Both the position numbers and the translations under genes were made by a program. A stretch of 63,200 bases of DNA, filler included, from Pirum gemmata (lineage: Eukaryota), in the NCBI GenBank assembly GCA_002812295.1. It is 25 parts of 25 records of this genome, joined end to end, with 100 filler letters (N's around TTAATTAATTAA, not from the genome) between each part and the next. Parts side by side here need not be neighbours in the genome. Positions count along the whole stretch, not along the records: positions 37,858 to 41,907 come from PDIN01008487.1; positions 42,008 to 44,097 come from PDIN01008488.1; positions 44,198 to 46,300 come from PDIN01008489.1; positions 46,401 to 48,519 come from PDIN01008490.1; positions 48,620 to 50,742 come from PDIN01008491.1; positions 50,843 to 52,961 come from PDIN01008492.1; 19 more parts are not named here. One strand, written 5' to 3'. The notes under the pieces are model-generated. The model was not told the origin of the DNA. It was given only the letters and a program-made list of their open reading frames with translations, and ran no database searches. Positions within the stretch are counted from its first letter, which is position 1, and each line of letters starts with the position of its first letter. This document shows positions 39,854 to 50,962 of the stretch, one piece after another.

Positions 39854-40655
39854 TGTTGTTGTTGTTGTTAATTGATCAATATATGTATATTAATGTCTAT
39901 GTCGTTTTAGCTCTTATTCTTCACCATCATCATTATCACTTTTCATTATCATGGTGTATTTGGTTTTCTCATCCGCGTTACCTTTTTTGTATGGCTGCTT
40001 GGTTTCTTTTTTGTTTGTTTTGTTTATTTGTTTGTTTTTGGTGGTTTTTTTAATACAAACTCCATGATTGTTATTATTATTAATTGATCAATATAATTAT
40101 ATTAATGCCTATGTCGTTTTAGCTCTCATTCTTCATCACTATCACTTTTCATTATTCTGGTATATTTGGTTTTCTCATCCTCGTTGTGCGCGTTGTGTGG
40201 CTGCTCGTTTTCTTTTTTGTTTGTTTTGTTTATTTGTTTGTTTTTTGGTGGTTTTTTTAATGCAGACTCAATGATTATTATTATTATTAATTGATCAATA
40301 TAATTATATTAATGCCTATGTCGTTTTAGCTTTTATTCTTCACCATCATTATCACTTTTCATTATTCTGGTGTATTTGGTGTTTTCTTTTTTGTTTGTTT
40401 TGTTTGTTTGTTTGTTTTTGGTAGTTTTTTTAATAGAGACTCCATGATTATTATTATTATTAATTAATCAATATAATTATATTAATGCATATATCGTTTT
40501 AGCTATTATTCTTCATCATTATTATCACTTTTCATTATTATGGTGTATTTAGTTTTCTCATCAGCGTTACCTTTTTTGTGTGGTTACTTGTTTTCCTTTT
40601 TGTTTGTTTTGTTTATTTGATTGTTTTTGGTGGTTTTTTTAATACAGACTCCATG
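39854..40655. repeat. Tandem repeat, 4 units of about 170-210 bp
   Basis: ATTGATCAATATAATTATATTAATGCCTATGTCGTTTTAGCT...ACTCCATG recurs at about 39870, 40082, 40290 and 40462. Confidence 0.9.
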
Positions 40656-40714
40656 CTGGGCTTGATTATGTCATTGACAATATGAATGGATAATACGTGA
40701 TGAGAATTACGGAC

Positions 40715-40821
40715 TAGGTTAGTTTTGTATAGGTTAGTTTTTTATAGGTTAGTTTTGTATAGGTTAGTTTTGTATAGGTTAGTTTTGTATAGGTTAGTTT
40801 TGTATAGGTTAGTTTTGTATG
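40715..40821. repeat. 15-bp minisatellite (TAGGTTAGTTTTGTA) x7
   Basis: Directly visible. Confidence 0.95.
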
Positions 40822-42148
40822 TTTCTCTTAAATTCTATTACTAAGATGTGACAAGACACTCCAAGGTTTTGTTTTAGAAAAAAAAGTATCATTGTGCATG
40901 TTTGATGTACTGCTATTTATATATCTAGCATGATCAATTTGTTTGTTTATGAATTCTATTTTTCGTTTATCTTGTAATTTTTTTTTCTATTTAAGCTCAT
41001 TTTATCGCAATTACTCTGATTTGCAACTAAATTATTAAGAGTTGTGGGAAATTATTAAGAATAAGATTATGATGCGATGCCATGGTTGTATAAATTAAGC
41101 AATGTATATTTCTATTTCATCAATAATATGTCGTAAGTTCGATTATTTATTGCTACAACTGCACGTAATATTTAAAGTTTCCCGTCCTGTATAACCTTGT
41201 AGAATGGAATTATTGGTCTATATATTTTGTAATTGTTTATTTTAGATTTTAATTTTTTACATGGTGTACTTAGTTAAAAGTTAAAGGTAGTTTAAGTTCT
41301 TAATAACAAAAGCTGAAATGTTATGTTTAGCTATGAAATGACAAGACATTGTAGATAATTTTAAGTTGAGAGCGGATCTCTTGTGATTATTTTAGAGCTT
41401 TTTTATCATTCTCTAATGATTACATAGCGGCTTAACCTTAGAATAAAGTCATTCATGTGCCTGTTTATTCGTAAAATACTACAAAGAATACAGAAAACAA
41501 TTTAGCTTATGTTCATCCATGTGACCTACATTAAAAACCAGAATGGATGCGTTGAGGGTGGGGGGGGATGCTCTCTGTGACCTGTAGGTGTATGTATGGT
41601 ACAGTTTATAGTTTCACATTGGAAGGGATTTGATATGTTTATATTCTGTTTGTAGCTCAGGATTAAAACGAAAAGAAACACTGAGTCTTGTAATATAAAC
41701 GTTACGTGTAGATGTGTGCTAATGAATTATTATAATGCAATTGTAGTATTACAATACAACATTACGTATGCATTGCAATTAATAGCAATAGCAATATTAA
41801 TGCAATATTCGGAAATAGCTGAATAAGCAGAAAAGCAAAAAATATGTGATTATCTTTCAAAAAGTTTTAAATTTAGGGAGAAGAAGGAATCATAATAATA
41901 ATTATAANNNNNNNNNNNNNNNNNNNNNNNNNNNNNNNNNNNNNNNNNNNNTTAATTAATTAANNNNNNNNNNNNNNNNNNNNNNNNNNNNNNNNNNNNN
42001 NNNNNNNGTAGTGGTAGTAGTAGTAGTAGTAGTAGTAGTAGTCGTAGTAGTAATAGTAATAGTATCATTATTATTATTAAAAAATGTAGCATTCTTCTTT
42101 TTTAAAAAAATATTAATAATAACAAAATAAAAACAAAAAGAAAAGATT

Positions 42149-44097
42149 ATGACTCTCCGTTTAATCCCGTTGCGTTTAGTCCTTAGTTATGTTTTTGATT
42201 CGTGTACTGTTTACAACATCATGTTAACTAGTAAAACAGTTAAAAGTTTAGTTTTATCTCATTTATTATCGTTGAACAATAGGCATTTACGAGCCATTCC
42301 TGAAAATATTAAAAACTTTGTTTGTTTAAAAATACTAGACCTTTCTCATTGCTCTGAACTACGTGATGTGCTGGCTCTTTGTTTTTTAAAAAAATTGGAA
42401 CAACTCTATTTAGGTAGATGCCGATCGTTAAAAAATATACAACCTTTAAGTTCCATCAGCAGTTTGGAAACCTTACGTTTTAAGAAATGTTTTGAACTCG
42501 TGGATATTCGTCCGTTACAATCCCTATGTAATCTAAAAACTTTAAAAATGAAGAAGTGCGTTGATGTAAAATTAATCAAACCTTTGGAAAAACTAACGAA
42601 TCTGTTAACTTTAGACTTTAAAAAATGCTATTCTCTAAGTAACATTTTACCTTTAAAATCGTTAGTCAACTTGCAAACACTTAATTTTCAAGATTGTACT
42701 GAATTAGAAGATATAAGACCACTGGAAAGCCTGACTTCCTTAAAAACTTTAAATTTAGTATGTTGTGAAAAAATCACTGATATTGCACCTTTAAAGTCGT
42801 TAATAAGTTTAGAACATCTAGATCTAATGGGTTGTCAAGTGATTGCTATAGAACCTTTAGAAATGATTACATCCTTGAAAACTCTTTCTTTGAGTTTTTT
42901 GAATATTCGCAATATACATCCCTTGCACACATTAGTTAAATTAGAAGAACTTAATCTTTGTCTGTGTCATGAACTAAATAACATACAAGCTTTAGAAAAC
43001 TTAATAATGTTAAGAGTGCTTAATCTTAATGATTGTAAAAAAGTAATCTCTCTTGAACCTTTGCAATCACTAAGCTCTCTCGAAACTTTAGAATTATCAG
43101 GTTGTGATCAACTTTATAATATCAACGCTTTAGAATCCAAATGTAATTTAAAAAAATTAGTTTTAGGACAATGTGCAAAATTCATTCCCTTTATTACTTT
43201 AGATCTGTTAAGTAATATTGAGGTAATTAGCTTGGATGGGGTTGATGACCATCTGTTTAAACTTATGCACCCGTTAATTAACCTACAAACTTTAAGTTTA
43301 GTTAATGGTGACCAAGTACAAAGTATTCAACCCTTACAATATTTTTGTCATCATTTAAAAAAATTAGAATTACAAAATTTTCCACTTCTTATAAACTTAC
43401 ACCCTTTACATAAGTTCACTTATCTCCAAACTCTAGCGTTAGATAATTGTTCATTAATAACAGATATTTCACCCTTAATCCATATGACTCACTTAACCCA
43501 ATTACGATTATACAAAAGCGAATCTCTTAGTGATATCAGGGCTTTAAAAGGGCTAACCAAACTCAGTAAACTCGAACTGGGTTGGTGTAAACGACTTAAA
43601 GATATTAGTCCGATTCAATATTTAACTAATCTGGTCTTATTAGATTTAGAAGCTTGCGAAGGTTTTGCTGATTGTACGCCTTTGGTTGGCTTAAGTAAAC
43701 TACAAATTCTTGATTTAACTCGTTCAAGATTGAGTGATTTTCAGCCTTTGTTAGCTATGAATCATCTTAAAATCTTAAAATTAGGAGGGTGTGCAGTGTC
43801 AATGGACATTTTGAACAAATTTAAACTCAATCGTAATACCATTATTGATTTTAAGGTTACTACTTGGTATGATGGTAATAATGAAGATGAAATAGAAAAA
43901 GAACTAGAACACGTAGTAAAACAAAAATACGGCCATATTAATAATGATGATAATAGTAACAGTAATGAGAATGATAATCGTAATGATAATGATGGTGTTG
44001 ATAATGGTAATGATGATGTTGATAATGGTAATGATGATGAAAATAGTAATAATAATAATGATAACATTATAATTAATAATAATAATAATAATAATAA
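42149..44097 (+). CDS. Intronless leucine-rich-repeat protein (over 20 LRRs) with F-box-like N-terminus and N/D-rich tail, 3' truncated
   Basis: Repeats of LxxLxLxxCxxLxDIxPL. The N-terminus LIPLRLVLSYV...NIMLTSK resembles an F-box. Confidence 0.9.
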
Positions 44098-45096
44098 NNN
44101 NNNNNNNNNNNNNNNNNNNNNNNNNNNNNNNNNNNNNNNNNTTAATTAATTAANNNNNNNNNNNNNNNNNNNNNNNNNNNNNNNNNNNNNNNNNNNNAAT
44201 GATAATGAAGCCATCCGTTTTTCAACAATACAATAATACAATAATACAATAATACAATAATACAATAATACAATAATACAATAATACAATAATACAATAA
44301 TACAATAATACAATAATGCAATAATACAATAATACAATAATACAATAATACAATATAATATTAACATAACAACAGACCACAGCAATACAACAATATAACA
44401 ATACAACTATACAACTATACAACAATACAAACATACAATAATACAATAATACAATAATACAATAATACAATAATACAATAATACAATAATACAATAATAC
44501 AATAATACAATAATACAATAATACAATAATACAATAATACAATAATNNNNNNNNNNNNNNNNNNNNNNNNNNNNNNNNNNNNNNNNNNNNNNNNNNNNNN
44601 NNNNNNNNNNNNNNNNNNNNNNNNNNNNNNNNNNNNNNNNNNNNNNGTAATACAATAATACAATAATACAATAATACAATAATACAATAATACAATAATA
44701 CAATAATACAATAATACAATAATACAATAATACAATAATACAATAATACAATACTCCACCAATACATCAATACATCAATACACCAAAACATCAATACACC
44801 AATACATCAATACATCATTATCATTATCATTATCATCATCATCATCATTATCACCATCATTATCATCATCATTATCATCATCATTATCATCATCAGTATC
44901 ATCACCATTATCATCATCATTATCATTATCATTATCATCACCATTATCATCATTATTACCATCATCATTATCATCATCATTATTATCATTATTACCATCA
45001 TCATTATCATCATCATTATCATCATCATCAGTATCAGTATCATCATATAACAATATAACAATACAACAAAATATTACAACATAAACGGAATGTTAC

Positions 45097-45234
45097 CTTT
45101 TCGCGAATTACTAGAGCAAAAAGTGCATCTAAAATCGTTGAAATTAAACACTCAAACTTCCGACCCAAGACATAGGCAATATGTGCAGTTGCAATACAAG
45201 CTTCTTTAAGTAACTGTGAGCGCCTATCTTTTAC
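45097..45234 (-). CDS. CLASP: CLASP (CLIP-associating protein) TOG-domain exon
   Basis: VKDRRSQLLKEACIATAHIAYVLGRKFECLISTILDALFALVIREK parallels CLASP DLRSQVVREACITxxHLSxVLGNKF. 138-nt phase-0 exon with AG/GT. Confidence 0.8.
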
Positions 45235-45285
45235 CTGTACAACAAAAGAACAAGTAACATAAATACAATATATATAATAACACTA

Positions 45286-45840
45286 AGTCCTGACCCTAGC
45301 TCTAAACCTTAACACTAATCCTAATCCTAATCCTAATCCTAATCCTAATCCTAATTCTAATTCTAATCCTAACTCTTACCTTAATCCTAAACCTAACCCT
45401 AACCTTAATTCTGTTCCAAACCCTAACCCTAACCCTAACACGGACCCTAACCCTAACCCTAATACGGACCCTAACCCCAACCGTATTAGAGTTAGGGTTA
45501 CGAGATAGGAGTTAAATTACGAGTTAGGGTTATGGGTTAGGCTTAGGCTTGGGCTTGGGCTTGGGCTTGGGCTTGGGCTTGGGCTTGGGCTTGGGCTTGG
45601 GCTTAGGACTTAAGGCTAGGGCTAGGGCTTAGAGTTAAGGTTAGGGCTTAGGCTTAGGCTTAGGACTTAAGGCTAGGGTTAGGGCTTAGAGCTAAGGTTA
45701 GGGCTTAGGGTTAGTGCTTAGGGTTACGGAATAGGGTTCTGGTTCGGGTTCGGCTTAGGGCTTGGGGCTTAGGGCTTAGGGCTTAGGGCTTAGGGCTTAG
45801 GGCTTAGGGCTTAACACTTAGGTGGTTAAGGATTAGGTTA
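45286..45840. repeat. (CCCTAA)-type tract followed by TTAGGG/CTTGGG/CTTAGGG tract in inverted arrangement
   Basis: Strand switch centred at about 45468-45480. Confidence 0.9.
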
Positions 45841-46728
45841 GACGATTATTGTTATTAATAAGTACAAATAATATAAATGATTCCAATATCGGTGAGTTAT
45901 TTTTATATTATGATATATAAGTATAAAAATTATGAGGTCTACTTGCATCATATTGTTATTATATAAAAATAGAAAATAATATAATTTCATACGGCTATGG
46001 CGAACTGGGCCCAAACACGGTTAATAAGAGAAGGTAAACTTTCACAATCAAGTGATCCACAAATTAGGCTACGAAATTTGTGAATAGCTAAATAAGACGA
46101 AAAGGAAAGGGTAATAAATAATTAAAATAACCACAATAACTATAAAAAAACCCCCCCCAAAATTTAAAAAAAACAAAGAACTAAATAAGTAATAAATTAG
46201 ATAAATGAATAAATGAATGATAATGATAATGATAATGATAATGATAATGATGGTGATGATGATGATGATGATGATAATGATAATGATGATGATGATGATA
46301 NNNNNNNNNNNNNNNNNNNNNNNNNNNNNNNNNNNNNNNNNNNNTTAATTAATTAANNNNNNNNNNNNNNNNNNNNNNNNNNNNNNNNNNNNNNNNNNNN
46401 ATCTTATACGGGTATTTTTTTTTTTTCGATGTAGCTTTTGTGCACTCAATCCTACAAAAAAAAAATAGAAAAAAAAACCTCGCATAAAAAGGTACAATTT
46501 TGAATTTCACAATTTTTCAAAAATAAATTTTTGACGAAAAAAAAGTTGCTAAAAACCCTAACCCTAACCCTAGCAGTACCCTAGCCCTAATTTTTTGTTT
46601 AGTATGACAATATTATGATATTTTAAAAAATAATTTTTTATTTTTGTTTATTTCATTTTTTGGTTATTTATAAATAAATACTACCATATTGGTAATCACA
46701 TACCAAGCATAGATCCAAGCATAGATCC

Positions 46729-46787
<59 letters not shown>

Positions 46788-48238
46788 TCGTCATATAATT
46801 CGAATTCAAATTATAACTTCTTTTTCATCATTTTTTTTACTTTTATTAGTTATGTGTGAAAAAAGGGGTGGGAAAGCTGCAAAATACAATATTCTCAAAA
46901 CAGGGTTTCAATTGCTCGTTTGAAAAAGAAAAAACAAGGGAAAACCAACATATAGCACGGACTCAGAATCGCAAAAAAAAACCCCCCAAAATTACCAATA
47001 AAGATAAAAGAAATTATATTAATATTATACATTACACTATAAACGAAAATTTCAAATTCGAATTGTTTTTGTAATTGCATTGCAAATAATCAGAAATTTA
47101 GATTTTTCGTTTTTATTATTATTATATTTTCACCCTTCTTTTTTGTATAATATTCATAAATATATATTTTTTCTTTTTTTCTTCGAAAATCGTTTTTGTT
47201 TTATCATTTATACCATTGCTATCTTTTTTCATTACTATTGTTACGTTACTATTCCTATCTATGTCTATCACTATCACTATTACTTTTATTATTACCATTA
47301 CTATTATTCTTATTATCATTATAAATATTATTAATATTATTTCACTGATCAATACATAATCAATAGGTTTTGTTTGGTGTGGCCCTCCGGCTTTGAAGTA
47401 CCGTTATAAATCACGGTATTAAGGGGCAAAAGTTGTTGTACATTGGTATGTGTAGTATTTGGTGTTAGGGTTAGGGTAGTAGTAGCAGTAGTGGTAGCAG
47501 TAGCAGTAGTGGTAGCAGTAGCAGTAGCAGTAGAAATTAATTAGGAAAAGATTTGGTTTTGTTTAACAATAACAATAGGTTGGTTAACTTGCTATAAATA
47601 TAATAATCTTCGTTTTCCGCTGTCTATTATACCACATCCCCATTTATCTGCTCTCAGTTTTTACGTTTTAATCTTTTCCTATTCTTTCTTTTTCAATAGA
47701 TCATTACACTAATTCTATTTTGTACAGCAATGTGCAGTATGACCATATACTACTACTATTACTACCTCTGCTCTTGCTGTTGTTGAGGTAGTTTTGTTGC
47801 TGTGACTGTGATTATGGTTGCGGTTGTGATTGTGGTTGTGATTATGGATGTGATTGTGATTGTAATTGTGGTTGTGGTTGTGGTTGTGGTTGTGGTTGTG
47901 GTTGTGGTTGTGGTTGTGGTTGTGATGATGGTGCTGGTTGTAATTGTGGTTCTAGTTCTATTTCTGATTGGTTGCTGTTATGGTTGTGGTTGTGGTTGTG
48001 GTTGGGGGTGTGGTTTTGGTTGTATTATCCTTAATTTCATTTATTCTACAGATACTACCACCACTCCACACTCCACCACCGACCCCATCACCACTAACAC
48101 TATTATTATGGTCACAACATCAAACTACAAAAACAATAGGAAACAACAACAGCAATAACAGTAACAACACAAACTAATTATTATTATTATTATTACGTTA
48201 AGAACAAAACCAAAAAAAAGGAGAAAGAAAGATTGTTA

Positions 48239-48386
48239 TTAAGATTCTCCTGCAGCATCATCTTCGTCCATATCAGCATCGGCGTCTTTATTATCCTCGG
48301 CTATCCAAGTTTCGAGCTCTTCATGCTCTTCTTCTAACTCCTCAGGTTCGTAGGTTTCGGTCAAAGCTTTATAGCAAAAAATATAC
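48239..48386 (-). CDS. Last exon of a probable protein tyrosine phosphatase with acidic tail
   Basis: Phase-2 exon gives (Q)YIFCYKALTE, matching the PTP Q-loop end QYxFCYxAL, then ETYEPEELEEE...AAGES-stop. Confidence 0.55.
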
Positions 48387-48619
48387 CTTTGTATATGTAT
48401 ATTTAAAAGTATATACAATTTTTAGTTTTGACACGAGGGTTAGGGTTAGTTAGGGTTAGGTTTAGGGGTTAGGGGTTAGTGGTTAGGGGTTAGGGGTTAG
48501 AGGGTAGGGGTTAGGGGTTNNNNNNNNNNNNNNNNNNNNNNNNNNNNNNNNNNNNNNNNNNNNTTAATTAATTAANNNNNNNNNNNNNNNNNNNNNNNNN
48601 NNNNNNNNNNNNNNNNNNN

Positions 48620-50025
48620 ATTAGTGTTTACTTTACTGAAGCTTCTAGAAAGAAATATGTCCCCCGAGCCGTTCTTGTGGATCTAGAACCAGGTAAAATA
48701 TTTAACGAAGTAGAATAGGCCAAATAGGGCAAACGTTTAAGTTAACGTTAACCAACCCTGGCTCTAACTTCTCAACTCTGAATCTAGCCCTAACCTTGAC
48801 TCCCTCAACCCCTAATACTAACCCTAACCCTTGACCCCTAACACAATAATAACACCAATCTTAACCCCACCCACCCTCAAAACCCCACCTTCAAAACCCC
48901 ACCCCCAATATAACCACTACCGCACATAATCTTAACCCTAACCTTAACCCTAACCCTGGACTCCCCCAAACCCAACTCCAATTTTAACCCCCAATTACAA
49001 TTCTAACCCCAGCCCTGATTCTAACCCCAACTCCAACTCCAACTCCACACCCCTAATCTCACTTCTAACCCTAACCCTAACCACATCTCTAGCCCAATCT
49101 TATCCCGACCCTAACGCTCATCTTAACCTTAACTTCCCTAACCCCAACCCCAACCCAACTTTTCCCTTAATCCTAAGCTCACTCCTAATCTTAACCCTAA
49201 CCCTAACCCCGTCTCTAACTCTAACTCTACATCATATTATCCCAACCCCAACGCTAAAGCTATCCTTTTACTCACCCCTTTCATCTATATCTCTTTCGTA
49301 ACTAATACTATACTTAGGTACAATGGACACCGTTCGTGCAGGCAATTTACAAAGTTTATTTCGTCCTGACAATATTGTTTATGGACAGTCAGGAGCTGGT
49401 AATAACTGGGCTAAAGGTAATACTATTAAATTTTTAAATGAAAGTGGATTGGTGTATACGTTACTACTCCTTTCACTCCTTCCATAGATTTCCAAATATA
49501 TTAAATTTTTTAAATGAAAGTGGATTGGTGAATACATTACTACTCCTTTCACTCCTTCCATAGTACATTAAAATTTAAAATGGAAAGTGGAGTGCTGTAT
49601 ACGTCACTACTCCTCTCTCACCTTTCAAATATTTCCAAATATGGTATAGTAATTTAATAAATAATTAAAAAAATCTTAGTTTCCTCGTATTATAATCAGT
49701 ATTAATTAAAAAATCCTATTTTCCTCGACCTATCGCACGTTTATATACATAAATATATTACATTAACCATTTAAACGTGATATATTGGAAAATATCTTAC
49801 CTCTACTAAGTATATCCTACTTTTTTTTTTCCTGGAATTATTGCTGAAAGTAGGTTTAGTTGGATGTTTACCTTAAAAGTAAACGTACTTACCTCTACTA
49901 AGTATATCCTACTTTTTTTTTTCCTGGAATTATTGCTGAAAGTAGGTTTAGTAGGATATTTACCTTAAAAGTAAACGTAATACATTGGAAAATATCCTAC
50001 TTCTACTAAGTATACCCTGCTTACN

Positions 50026-50084
<59 letters not shown>

Positions 50085-50329
50085 CACCACAATAACCTTA
50101 TCCTACTTCTCTTCTAGGTTATTATACTGAAGGTGCAGAATTAATTGAACAAGCTTTAGATGTAGTGCGTAAAGAGGTAGAAAGCTGTGATTGTCTACAA
50201 GGTTTTCAATTAACTCACTCTTTGGGTGGGGGTACTGGTTCCGGCTTAGGAACCCTTCTTGTATCTCGAATTAGAGAAGAATATCCTGATCAAATTGTAT
50301 GTACATACTCTGTTGTACCATCACCCAAG
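48620..50329 (+). CDS. TUBB: Divergent beta-tubulin, internal exons 48620-48692, 49318-49416, 50118-50329
   Basis: [22 protein letters not shown]...[20 protein letters not shown]...[20 protein letters not shown]...[18 protein letters not shown]; canonical splice sites. Confidence 0.97.
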
Positions 50330-50865
50330 GTATTTTTATTATCGTTATTGTTATTATTATTGTTGTTGTTGTTTCTGTTATTGTTATTGTTATTGTTATT
50401 GTTATTGTTATTGTTGTTGTTATTGTTATTGCTATTGTTATTGTTATTGTTATTGTATGTACATACGCTGTTGTTCTATCACCCAAGGTATTACTATTAT
50501 TATTATTATTATTATTCTTATTATATCATTATTGTTGTTTCTGTTATTGTTATTGTTATTGTTATTGTTATTGTTATTGTTATTTTATGTACATACTCTG
50601 TTGTTCCATCACCCAAGGTATTATTATTATTATTATTAATATTATTATTATCATTGTTGTTGTTATTGCGATTGTTGTTGTTATTGTTATTGTTATTGTT
50701 ATTGTTATTGTTATGGTTATGGTTATTGTTATGGTTATGGTTNNNNNNNNNNNNNNNNNNNNNNNNNNNNNNNNNNNNNNNNNNNNTTAATTAATTAANN
50801 NNNNNNNNNNNNNNNNNNNNNNNNNNNNNNNNNNNNNNNNNNGGTTTTTGGTTTTTGGTTTTTGG

Positions 50866-50901
<36 letters not shown>

Positions 50902-50925
50902 TTTAGGGTTAGGGTTAGGGTTAGG

Positions 50926-50962
<37 letters not shown>

